Assembly (NCBI GenBank): GCA_045532895.1
Contig: JAZSGU010000166.1
Coordinates: 1 to 49,706 of the forward strand
Reading direction: 5' to 3'
Length of the DNA stretch: 49,706 nucleotides
DNA from: Acutalibacteraceae bacterium
Lineage (GTDB): Bacteria > Bacillota > Clostridia > Oscillospirales > Acutalibacteraceae
Every line of letters starts with the position of its first letter. The first letter of the stretch is position 1. The translations under genes were made by a program, and so were the position numbers. This document shows, piece after piece, positions 37,971-47,395 of this stretch. The notes beneath the pieces were generated by a model. The model made no database searches. It saw only the letters and a program-made list of their open reading frames with translations, and was not told the origin of the DNA.

Positions 37971-38097
37971 AATTTCAACCCATTCCAATTTTTTTGACCT
38001 GACACGGTTGCTTTATCAACTATGTTTTATTATGCTTTCCTTGAATAATTTGATGAAACAAGGAGCTTTTCTTAACTTTTTTGATATTGATTTCAAC

Positions 38098-38901
38098 TTA
38101 TCCCTTTTTCTGCAGCTTTTTAGGTGAGATGCCGTAGACTTCTTTGAACTTTTTGGAAAAATAATTGCTGTCCTCAAAGCCACAGATTTCTGCAACCTGA
38201 GTTATGCTTTGTCTTTCTGAACTTCTGAGAAGTTGTTCGGCATACTGCAATCTTAAAGAGTTTAGATATTTTGAAAAACCTAAGCCTGTTTCTTTTTTGA
38301 ACAACCTCGAAAAATGCTCGGGACTGACGGAAAATCTTCTTGCCAGCGAAGATAGTGACATATCTGACGAAAAATTTTCTCTTATATATGCAACCGCCTG
38401 TTCAATTATTCTGTTGCTGTTATCGATATCAACGCAGGATTCGGTGTTGCGCAAAAGCAGATAAAGCAGTGAATGAGTGCAGCAGGAGATTATTTCATCG
38501 GAAAAAGAATCATTGAGATTGTATTCATTTTCGATTTTTTCAAGAATTTTTCTGACTTCATCAACTATGAAAGGGTTTCTGTAAAAATAGTTACCGGAAG
38601 AAATGATTGATTGCAAAGAATTCGGTATGTATCCGCGGGCGCAGTTGATAAGCATTCGTGAATGCTTTATGTTATCGTATTTTGTGTGATGAATAATACC
38701 GTCGGGAATTACTACAATGTCACCCGGCTGAACGTTGTAAAGCTTGTTATCGATAATATAGGTGCAGTTACCTTCTTCAAGAAAATATATTTCATAAAGA
38801 GAATGGTAATGCGGCCACGATACGCCCTCTTGGGCAACTCTTTCATTCATACCCCGATGATAATAAAATTTTTCAGCAGGGTCAAATTTGAAATGGTTCA
38901 T
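38098..38901 (-). CDS. AraC-family transcriptional regulator with cupin sensor domain
   Basis: HYHSLYE...HH cupin; EHFSRLFKKETG, VAEICGFEDSNYFSKKFK. Confidence 0.93.
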   Translation of the reverse strand: MNHFKFDPAEKFYYHRGMNERVAQEGVSWPHYHSLYEIYFLEEGNCTYIIDNKLYNVQPGDIVVIPDGIIHHTKYDNIKHSRMLINCARGYIPNSLQSIISSGNYFYRNPFIVDEVRKILEKIENEYNLNDSFSDEIISCCTHSLLYLLLRNTESCVDIDNSNRIIEQAVAYIRENFSSDMSLSSLARRFSVSPEHFSRLFKKETGLGFSKYLNSLRLQYAEQLLRSSERQSITQVAEICGFEDSNYFSKKFKEVYGISPKKLQKKG

Positions 38902-39046
38902 ATTATGCACCTTCATTCTTGTTTGATAATATCATTGCGTATCAAAAAAGTCAAGAAAGTTATATAATTGTATCAAAATTTTCAAGGAAAACATAACAAA
39001 ATAGATATATTATATTACTATAGCAAAACTGAAAGGAATGATGTGT

Positions 39047-40134
39047 GTGAAAAGAGGGTTAAAGATTATTCTTGCTCTTGTTCTTGTATCGGTAATCGTT
39101 GCGGGCAGTTTTGTGATTTATAAAAACACGCAAGGCATTTCATATGATATTTCAACAGTTAAAAAATTGATAACAATGTTGAAATCATAAAGGAAGATGT
39201 TGACAGTATCACAATCCGAAAGACTGATGACGGCGATTTTAAGGTGCTGATGTTCACAGACACACACCTTAACGGTAAAAAAGAAAAAGATATTCAGACG
39301 GTTTCATACATTATAAAGAACATAACAGAACAAAAACCCGACCTTATCATTTTCGGAGGAGATAATGTTACTTCGGGATTTAATAAGAAGAAAAACCGAG
39401 AGTTTGCTCAGCTTATGGAAAATCTCGGCGTTTATTGGGCTGCGGTTTTGGGGAATCACGAGGGTGAAGGTTTTCTTGACGTTTCAAGAGAGAAAAATGT
39501 TGAAATATTCTAATCTTACAAGCACTGTCTTATGAGAAACGGTAAAAATGATATTGACGGCAACGGAAATTATACAATCAACATTCTTAATTATGACGAC
39601 ACAATAAAAGAGGTGTTCTTCTTTATGGATTCGGGCAGCTATATGACTGATGAAAGCAAAGCGGAATACGGTGTTACAAAAGAAGGCGAAGTCTATGGCG
39701 GAGTAAAGGCTTCGCAAGTACAGTGGTATAAAGATAAACACGATTCCATAACGGCTGAATACGGCAAATTCAAATCAATATCAGTTATTCACATTCCTCC
39801 CTATCAGGCTGAAAAAGAATATACCGAAAACGATTTTCTCTACGGCGAAAAAAGAGAAGGAGTTTGCGAATCCGGTTTTGATTCGGGTCTTATTGATGCA
39901 ATGATCGAAAAAGGCAGTGCACAGGCAGTTTACTTCGGACACGACCACGTTAATAATTTCGGTGTAATGTATAATAACATTCTTCTTTCCTATATCCAAC
40001 CGTCGGGCTACGGTGTTTACAATATGGAAAGCAAGTTTGATTCACCCGAAAAAGAATGGATTCAGGGAGCAACACTTCTTAAGATTAAAACAGACGGCAC
40101 TTACACCGCAGAAAGAATATACAACCATAAATAA
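39047..40134 (+). pseudogene. Membrane-anchored metallophosphoesterase pseudogene
   Basis: Signal-anchor ORF from about 39047; 1-nt frameshift at A6 39161-39166; DTH, GD, GNHE; in-frame TAA 39511-39513; HIP, GHDHVN in the same frame downstream. Confidence 0.85.
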
Positions 40135-40152
40135 GGTCAAGGAGATGACAAA

Positions 40153-41616
40153 ATGGGTAAATTTAAAGAAAAATTAGAGTCTTTCAAAAACAATCCTGAT
40201 GTTGCTTTAAAAGAACAGGTCGGTTACGTTTCGGGCGTGTTCGGCAACTGTATGGGTCAGGACTCCGTTGGTACATATACCGACCAGTTTATGTATGACT
40301 ATATGGGTCTCAAATCCTCGCATATCATTACGATGAAATCCGTAACAACGGGTGTTAACATTCTTATTTCACCTATTGTGGGTGCTTTGCTTGACAACAA
40401 TCATTCAAACAAGGGCAATGCGCGGCGTTTTATGATGGCATCCGCCATTCCGTTTACACTTTCGTCAATCCTTCTTTTTATTGTTCCTTCGGCTTCAATA
40501 ACATTCAATTTAATATGGAGCTTTTTGCTGTTTTTGCTTTTTAACATATCGGACACATTCTTTGATGTTGCGCTGTCTACACTTTCGGTCAGAATGACGC
40601 CCAACGCAAAATCCAGAAAAAATTTCTACACTATTGCTCAGCTTGCATCAACTCTCGGCTCAATGCTCCCCGGCGGTATGGTGCCCATTATAATTGAACT
40701 TCAGGGTAATGATTATGCCAAAGAAAAATGGGCTTTTTTCACCGTTGCACTGATTTTTGGTATTCTCGGTATGTTCACAATGCTTGTACCGTGCCTTACC
40801 CTTAAAGAACGCAATATGGTACTTCCTCCCAAAGAAACAAAGAAAAAAATCAAGATTGACTATAAGCTTATTTTTCTCAACAGACCCCTGCTTCTTCTCT
40901 GTCTGAGCCAGGTTATCGACTCAATCAGGCAGGTTTGCTATAACTCTCTTCCTTTCTTCTACAAACAGACTCTTAACAAATACAGCATGAAAACCTATGT
41001 TGAAATGGCAAGCTCCGCTCTCTCCTACGGCGGACTTCTTTCCGTTCCGTTTGTAGGCAAAAAGCGTTCATCAAGAGATATTGTTGTTTGGGGTTATCTT
41101 CATACGGGTATATGTTATCTTTTGCTTTTAGTTTTTGGTTATAAATCCCTTTGGATTGTAGGCATTCTCATCGCTCTCGGCGGTCTTCCCAATGCGGCTA
41201 TGAGTGCCGCAAGAAGAATTCTTCTTGCTGACTCAACCGACTATATGGAATGGAAAAGCTACAAGAAATACGGTGTGGCACAGCGTAACGAGGGCATGGT
41301 TTTTGCTTTCAACACTATGGTTACAAGAATTGCTGCTCTCTGGAAAGAGCTTCTTGTTAACGGCGGACTTGCTCTTATCGGTTATCAGAGTGCGCAGATG
41401 ATTAACGGCGAAATGGTAGAGGCTGTTCAGACTCCTGAAACACTTCACGGCATTTTCCTGCTTGTAGTTATTCCGGGTATCATCGGCAACCTTCTTCCAG
41501 CTCTCATTATGTCATTTGATAACTTTACGGGCAAGCGTAAAGAAAAAATTATGGCAGAGCTTGAAGAAATCAGAGCTGAGGCAAAATCAAGGCTTGAAGA
41601 AATTGAAACATTATAA
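40153..41616 (+). CDS. MFS transporter, glycoside-pentoside-hexuronide family
   Basis: About 12 TM segments, PIVGALLD, LADSTDYMEWK...RNEG. Confidence 0.88.
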   Translation: MGKFKEKLESFKNNPDVALKEQVGYVSGVFGNCMGQDSVGTYTDQFMYDYMGLKSSHIITMKSVTTGVNILISPIVGALLDNNHSNKGNARRFMMASAIPFTLSSILLFIVPSASITFNLIWSFLLFLLFNISDTFFDVALSTLSVRMTPNAKSRKNFYTIAQLASTLGSMLPGGMVPIIIELQGNDYAKEKWAFFTVALIFGILGMFTMLVPCLTLKERNMVLPPKETKKKIKIDYKLIFLNRPLLLLCLSQVIDSIRQVCYNSLPFFYKQTLNKYSMKTYVEMASSALSYGGLLSVPFVGKKRSSRDIVVWGYLHTGICYLLLLVFGYKSLWIVGILIALGGLPNAAMSAARRILLADSTDYMEWKSYKKYGVAQRNEGMVFAFNTMVTRIAALWKELLVNGGLALIGYQSAQMINGEMVEAVQTPETLHGIFLLVVIPGIIGNLLPALIMSFDNFTGKRKEKIMAELEEIRAEAKSRLEEIETL

Positions 41617-41635
41617 ATTCGCATAATAAGCGGCG

Positions 41636-41665
41636 AAAGCACGACTTTAAAGCCGTGCTTTTGTT
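41636..41665 (+). terminator. Probable terminator after MFS
   Basis: AAAGCACG-loop-CGTGCTTTTGTT. Confidence 0.6.
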
Positions 41666-41752
41666 CAATATCGACCGTTCTATGCATTCTTTTTTATGTT
41701 GAGTTTCGACAATTAATATGATAAACTTAAAATATATAATAAGTAAGGGCCG

Positions 41753-42520
41753 GTGATTATCGTGCAATTCGGTTTTACTTCCACTTCTTTCCGTCAGATA
41801 AAAAGCCTTGAAAAAATAGTTGAAATTGCAGTCAAAGCAAAAATTGACTGCATCGAGTGGGGCGGAGATATTCACGTTAAAAGCATTGAGGATGCAAAGC
41901 GTGCAAAAGATCTTTGTGACAAAGCGGATATTCGAATCAATTCCTATGGCAGTTATTACCGTGTGGGCTGTAAAAATGCCGACGAATGGAAAAAAATCTG
42001 CGGAATTGCAAGCACTATGGGTGCGAGGTCGGTGCGTGTGTGGCTCGGAAAAGCTGACAGCGAAAAGACGGACGAAGCAACATATAAAAGTATCGTTGAG
42101 GATACAAAAAATATCTGTGCCGTTGCGAAAAGGTATGGGCTCATTGTCTGCCCCGAATGTCACGACAACACATTCAATAACAACACCGATGCCTTTTTGA
42201 AAATTCACGACGATGTCGGATGTGAAAATTTCAGGACCTATTTTCAGTCGCGTTATAAACGCCTTGAATATGACCTTGACCGTATTGAACATACACTGCC
42301 GTATGTTGAAACCGTGCATATTTCCTATTCCGAGCAGAGCCGTGAGCAGTTCCCGAAATTCAACCCGACTTATATCGACCTGTTGCTTGACAAAATAAAG
42401 CACTCGGGTTTTGACGGTAACATACTATTGGAGTATACATACCTTTGCGGCTATTACGGAATACCGTCATGTATGGTCAGAGATATTGCAAAACTTAAAG
42501 AGAAGTTTGGTGAAAAATAA
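41753..42520 (+). CDS. Sugar-phosphate isomerase/epimerase-like TIM barrel (AP_endonuc_2 family)
   Basis: IEWGGDIHV, SYGSYY, RVW.G, ECH..T, VHI, LLEY. Confidence 0.82.
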   Translation: MIIVQFGFTSTSFRQIKSLEKIVEIAVKAKIDCIEWGGDIHVKSIEDAKRAKDLCDKADIRINSYGSYYRVGCKNADEWKKICGIASTMGARSVRVWLGKADSEKTDEATYKSIVEDTKNICAVAKRYGLIVCPECHDNTFNNNTDAFLKIHDDVGCENFRTYFQSRYKRLEYDLDRIEHTLPYVETVHISYSEQSREQFPKFNPTYIDLLLDKIKHSGFDGNILLEYTYLCGYYGIPSCMVRDIAKLKEKFGEK

Positions 42521-43515
42521 TGAAAATTGCACTTTTCGGTGGAAATCAATTACAGTTTTCAAAAGTTTATACTCCCGAGGTATTGAAAAAACTCGGTGAA
42601 TACGGTGAGCTATCTCCGAGAATAAATAAAAAGAATATCGAGCAGCACAGAGAGTTTCTCAAAGGTTGTGAAATCGCCTTTGCAACCTGGGGTATGCCTC
42701 AATTCACTAAAGAGGAAATTGCGGAATATATGCCCGACCTTAAAGCTGTATTTTATTCAGCGGGAACGGTGCAGTATTTTGCACGCCCGTTTCTTGAAAG
42801 CGGAATAAAGGTTTATTCCGCCTTTGCCGCAAATGCCGTTCCCGTTGCGGAATACACATTTGCACAGATTACTCTTGCGGCAAAGGGGTATTTTCAGGCA
42901 GCTAAAAATTATCGAATTCTGCCTTTGCGTTCATTTGCTTTTGCCAATTCGTGCACAGGCAATTTCGGCTGCAAGGTTGGCCTTGTGGGCTTGGGAGCAA
43001 TCGGACAGATGGTTGCAGAAAGGCTGAAAGCTCTTGATGTTGAGGTTTATGCCTGCGATCCGTTTGTTTCAAATGAAATGGCAGATGAGCTTGGTGTTAC
43101 TCTTGTTGATATGGAAACGCTTTTCAGTGAGTGTGATATAATCAGCAACCACCTTGCCAATAAGCCTGAACTCGAAAATGTTTTCAACTATAAGCTTTTC
43201 AAAAGAATGAAAAAGCGTTCAACTTTCATTAATACGGGCAGAGGAGCGCAGGTTGCGGAATATTCTTTGGCATTATCGCTCCTTCTTCATCCGTCAAGAA
43301 CCTTTGTTGCAGATGTCCTTAAAAGTGAAACTTTCCCTTATATAAATCCGCTTTTCTGGGTGCCCAATGCAATTCTTACTCCTCATATTGCAGGCAGTAC
43401 GGGTAACGAGCCCCAGCGAATGGCTTATTATATGATGGAAGAAATGGAGAGTTTCCTTTTCGATGCCCCGACACGCTATGAGGTAACGCTCGAAGCTCTT
43501 GAGAGGATGGCATAA
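42520..43515 (+). CDS. D-2-hydroxyacid dehydrogenase family protein
   Basis: NAVPVAEY, GLGAIG, FINTGRG, DV...E, TPHIAG. Confidence 0.9.
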   Translation: MKIALFGGNQLQFSKVYTPEVLKKLGEYGELSPRINKKNIEQHREFLKGCEIAFATWGMPQFTKEEIAEYMPDLKAVFYSAGTVQYFARPFLESGIKVYSAFAANAVPVAEYTFAQITLAAKGYFQAAKNYRILPLRSFAFANSCTGNFGCKVGLVGLGAIGQMVAERLKALDVEVYACDPFVSNEMADELGVTLVDMETLFSECDIISNHLANKPELENVFNYKLFKRMKKRSTFINTGRGAQVAEYSLALSLLLHPSRTFVADVLKSETFPYINPLFWVPNAILTPHIAGSTGNEPQRMAYYMMEEMESFLFDAPTRYEVTLEALERMA

Positions 43516-43519
43516 GCCT

Positions 43520-45556
43520 ATGTCGATTTTATATGTATTGATTGCTGTATTAACATTTGTTGTGATATTCACGGCAGTTGAACTTGTTTATCTGATTCGC
43601 ATAAAAACTTTGCCCGATTTACCGGATAAAGCTGATGCTGATAAATATTCTCTTAATATTAACGGCAAAAGCTTTGAGGATTTATATTTGTTCCTTGTCA
43701 GTAAACAGACAGAGCCTTCATTCAGCGAAGACGAAGTTTTTTCGCTTCTTTCAAAGCAGACTGAATATATGAACAAACGCTTTGACTGCGCGGATTTCAG
43801 AGCGCAGATGCTTTTTAAAATATATAAAGACTGTCCGTTGAACGAAAAATGCAAAACGCTCATCAAAGAGGCTTTTCTGAATTTCAAATATTTTATGGAT
43901 GAGCCGGGTGATGACAGTATGTGTTATTGGTCGGAGAATCATCAGATTCTGTTTGCCGTCAGCGAGTATCTTGCGGGTCAGGAGTGGTTGGGCGAGATTT
44001 TCACTAATGACGGTAAAACGGGCGCAGAGCATATGCAAAAGGCAAAAAAACGCATTGATGCATGGATGAAGCAACGCTTTGACTACGGCTTTTCCGAATA
44101 TCTCAGCAACAACTATCTCGCCGAGGATATCGCCCCGATGGCGAATTTTATCGCTTATTCAATGGATAAAAAAGCGGTTGAGCAAATGAAAATAATTGTG
44201 GATATCCTTTGGCTTGATGTTGCTCTCAACAGTGTTAATAACCGTTTTGTTACGGTCAGCTCAAGAATGTACGGCAACAACAAAGCGGCAAACTGCATCG
44301 GCAACAGCATACAAAGCGCAATGAATATTCAGTGGGGGAGTGAAGCGGCGGAAAAAAAGCCTAATTATATCATTCTCTGCTTTACTGATGCGGTTGAAAA
44401 AGGGTTATATACTCTGCCCGAAGCTATAAAGGATATTGCACGCTCAAAAGAAACCTTTGTATCAAAAATGAGCTGCGGTCTGTCACCCGACGATATGGTG
44501 AACGAAAAGCTTGTCGGTCAAAGTGATTCTCAGATTATGGCGCAGATGGGTGCCGAAACGTTTACAAATCCTCAGGTTATCTGCAACACGCTTGAATATA
44601 TCAGAAAGAACAGGCTTTATACAAACAAATTCTTAAGCTACTTCAGATTTCTCAACCTTACCGTGCTTAAGCGTATTAATTGGCAGAAGATTGCCGATAA
44701 ATATAATATTATGCCCCACGGAATAGCCCTCGGCAGAGGCAATGTTTATACATACCGCAACGCACATTATTCTATGTCCACAGATATCTGCAAGGATGTC
44801 TGGTTGTGTGGTGCACAAGACCATGTCTGGACAGCAAATATCGCAGAAGAACTAACACTTTTCACAACTCATCCCGCAGGCGACGGCAACGGTAAATACG
44901 GAGCTTCTCCCGGATACTGGGTCGGTAACGGCAGACGGCCGATGAGTGTTCAGCATGAAAATGTAAACATTACCGTTTATAAATTGCCGCAGAAAAAACG
45001 CCTTGGCGAAAGTGCAGTTTGCGACATTACTCATGCCTATGTGCCACGGGATTTATATGATGAATTCGAGTTTGACGGCAACACAGTTTTCGCGAGAAAA
45101 AACGGTGTTTTCGTTGCATTGATTTCAGACGGATCTTTGAATTATAAGCCCTACAATCCTGACTCAGCCAACGGCTTGTTAAAAGGCAGAAGCCTGCCCG
45201 ATAATTCAAGCCTTGAAAACGGATTCGACCTGTGCCGTAAAGGCGGAGAGTATCATTCATATGTTACAGAGCTTTCGGATTCAGATGCCGAAACCTTTGA
45301 AGAATTTAAACAAAGAATAAAGCATAACCGCATTGTTTTCGGCAGCGGTTGTGTCTGCTACAAAACGAATTGCGGCGAAATATCCGTATCTTATGACGGA
45401 AAATTTACGGTTAACGGAAAAACGGCACAAACGAAGTTTGACCGTTACGACAGCATTTTCTGCAAAGCAAAAAGAAAGGATAAAACAATCCGAATTAACT
45501 CTCTGTCACACAGTCTTACGCTTGACCTCAGTCAGGGAACAAGAATTTCAAAGTAA
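43520..45556 (+). CDS. Membrane-anchored uncharacterised protein, possibly heparinase II/III-like fold
   Basis: N-terminal TM; helical half with DCADF, YWSENHQIL, EYLAGQ, GFSEYLS..Y; beta-rich half with FTTHP, YWVGNG. Confidence 0.55.
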   Translation: MSILYVLIAVLTFVVIFTAVELVYLIRIKTLPDLPDKADADKYSLNINGKSFEDLYLFLVSKQTEPSFSEDEVFSLLSKQTEYMNKRFDCADFRAQMLFKIYKDCPLNEKCKTLIKEAFLNFKYFMDEPGDDSMCYWSENHQILFAVSEYLAGQEWLGEIFTNDGKTGAEHMQKAKKRIDAWMKQRFDYGFSEYLSNNYLAEDIAPMANFIAYSMDKKAVEQMKIIVDILWLDVALNSVNNRFVTVSSRMYGNNKAANCIGNSIQSAMNIQWGSEAAEKKPNYIILCFTDAVEKGLYTLPEAIKDIARSKETFVSKMSCGLSPDDMVNEKLVGQSDSQIMAQMGAETFTNPQVICNTLEYIRKNRLYTNKFLSYFRFLNLTVLKRINWQKIADKYNIMPHGIALGRGNVYTYRNAHYSMSTDICKDVWLCGAQDHVWTANIAEELTLFTTHPAGDGNGKYGASPGYWVGNGRRPMSVQHENVNITVYKLPQKKRLGESAVCDITHAYVPRDLYDEFEFDGNTVFARKNGVFVALISDGSLNYKPYNPDSANGLLKGRSLPDNSSLENGFDLCRKGGEYHSYVTELSDSDAETFEEFKQRIKHNRIVFGSGCVCYKTNCGEISVSYDGKFTVNGKTAQTKFDRYDSIFCKAKRKDKTIRINSLSHSLTLDLSQGTRISK

Positions 45557-45557
45557 T

Positions 45558-45596
45558 AAAAAACTCCTTCGGCTAACACCGGAGGAGTTCGCTTTA
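45558..45596 (+). terminator. Terminator hairpin
   Basis: AACTCCTTCGG-loop-CCGGAGGAGTT. Confidence 0.65.
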
Positions 45597-45690
45597 TAAT
45601 ATTCGACAAACAGTGTCCTTTGTAAGTACTTGTCTGCCGGTTATATGAACATTCCTTGAAAAAGCTTATCAGAAAAGTTTCGCTGTTTCA

Positions 45691-47256
45691 TCACTCAAAA
45701 ATATCAATTATAAATTTGCGGATTTCGACAACTGCGATATTAAATGCTTGTCGGATAATTCTTATGGCTTTTTCAAAGAAGCTTTCTGTTTCAAGTTCAG
45801 CATTCTCTCCATCGGCGGAATAACAGCCGATGCTGTTGCTTGTAATTTCGTTGCCGTAGAAATCTGTCATACAGCTGTCCTTAACCTCAAAGCCTGCACC
45901 GATTAACGGTGAGCCCTCTGCAAGCTGATACGCTTTTATCGGGTCATCGCCGCCCACAAAGCCCGGAAGAGTGTTTAAAGCATCTTTATCAAATGCAGGA
46001 TTAAAAGTATTATAATAACAGTTGTTGGCAAACACATTGTTCCAGGTTTCCATTTCGTTGTTCATATGATAAAACTTATGACCATCTTTAAAAACAATAA
46101 TATTGTTTGCGAACAGCGAATCATAAATCTGGGTCATCTGGAATTCCGACGAATTGATTATAGTATTGTTGTAAAAGCTGAAATTCCATTCGCCGTCAGA
46201 TACGCCGATTTTATTTCTGCCCTGATTGTCATTAACAGACAGGCAATATCTTACCGTGTTGCCTCTGTTACCGCCTTTAGCGGGATTATTGCACATGAAA
46301 CGCATATTATCGTGCGAATAAATGTATTCATATGTGCAGTTATATGAGCCGTGGTCAAAGTCAACCGTCATTCCGTCACCGTAGTTTTTCTGACCTGCTA
46401 TTTCACAATAGCTGAAAGTGCAGTTTGAGGAATAATGAGTCCACATTGCGGCGGTAAAATACAGAATTTCTCCGTTTTCATCAAGACCTACTCCCTGACA
46501 GCAGTCTATCGCACGGCAATGCGTTACCAAAGCGCCGTCGCAGCCTTCAAGAACAACAGCTTCACCGTCCATATTGTAAAATTCACAGTTCTTTACAAGT
46601 GCATTTTTGTTAAGGTCCTGAGTTCCTGTGAAAAATATACCGTTGCCGACATCATATATTTTGCAGTTCACCGCCTGGAAATCGTTGACTGGATAAGGCG
46701 AGCCGCCATAACGCTTGATAACTATTGCAGCTCTGCCTGAAACCGGACCTTCGGTATAATCGTCACGAGAGGTTACAGTGTAATTCTGCATATCGTGAAA
46801 TTCGCAGTTTTCTATTCTGACGCCCTTTGATTCTTTTGTAACTCCGTCAACCCAGATTCCGCCGCCGTTGTGCGCCGTGATTTCAAAGCCCGAAACGGTT
46901 ACATAGGAGCAGTCAAAAAGCTTCATAACCGCATTTCTTTCATCGGTGTTGAGATGTGGTTTTTCGCCTTCACCGTAGGATGAAATTACAATGGGATTAT
47001 CCTGAGTTCCCGAGCAGGTAAGCGTAACTGCGCAGTCATAGTCGCCGCCTGACCTGAACAAAACTTTGTCACCTGCTTCAAGTGTTAAAAAGGCTATGTT
47101 ATCAACGGTTTTCCACGCAGAGGCTTCGGATAACCCCGTGTTTTCGTCATTGCCCAATATACTGTCGATATAGTAAGTCGTTCCCGCGGCAAACACAAAC
47201 GGTGTTACGCTCAGGGTGATTATAACAGCAAGAATTGCCGATAAAAGCTTTTTCAT
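45691..47256 (-). CDS. Secreted right-handed beta-helix protein (putative glycan lyase/hydrolase) with C-terminal amphipathic helix
   Basis: Signal peptide; TYYIDS..GND.NTGLS...AWKT; PIVISSYGEG.KP; repeated NC coils; DFYGN; tail SFFEKAIRIIRQAF. Confidence 0.8.
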   Translation of the reverse strand: MKKLLSAILAVIITLSVTPFVFAAGTTYYIDSILGNDENTGLSEASAWKTVDNIAFLTLEAGDKVLFRSGGDYDCAVTLTCSGTQDNPIVISSYGEGEKPHLNTDERNAVMKLFDCSYVTVSGFEITAHNGGGIWVDGVTKESKGVRIENCEFHDMQNYTVTSRDDYTEGPVSGRAAIVIKRYGGSPYPVNDFQAVNCKIYDVGNGIFFTGTQDLNKNALVKNCEFYNMDGEAVVLEGCDGALVTHCRAIDCCQGVGLDENGEILYFTAAMWTHYSSNCTFSYCEIAGQKNYGDGMTVDFDHGSYNCTYEYIYSHDNMRFMCNNPAKGGNRGNTVRYCLSVNDNQGRNKIGVSDGEWNFSFYNNTIINSSEFQMTQIYDSLFANNIIVFKDGHKFYHMNNEMETWNNVFANNCYYNTFNPAFDKDALNTLPGFVGGDDPIKAYQLAEGSPLIGAGFEVKDSCMTDFYGNEITSNSIGCYSADGENAELETESFFEKAIRIIRQAFNIAVVEIRKFIIDIFE

Positions 47257-47395
47257 CACAATACCTCCATAAATTCAAACACATATAAATATTTAATTAC
47301 CGGCTGTATTTTTACATTCGGTGTGTATTAATTTGTTGTTTTGATGAATTCTTATTTAAGCAAACCATTTTTTACAAAATATTTTTTGTGCAAAA

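Noticed and set aside
39155-39170. Programmed -1 frameshift or phase variation at A6
   Set aside because: No canonical X XXY YYZ heptamer in frame, the run is short, and a downstream nonsense codon would still break the gene
36750-39513. Stop-codon reassignment or readthrough suggested by three in-frame stops
   Set aside because: Stops are of two kinds (TAA, TAG), two co-occur with frameshifts in the same genes, and TAA terminates most normal genes in the window
41570-42403. 277-aa minus-strand ORF
   Set aside because: Antisense to the TIM-barrel gene and crosses a terminator; no family features
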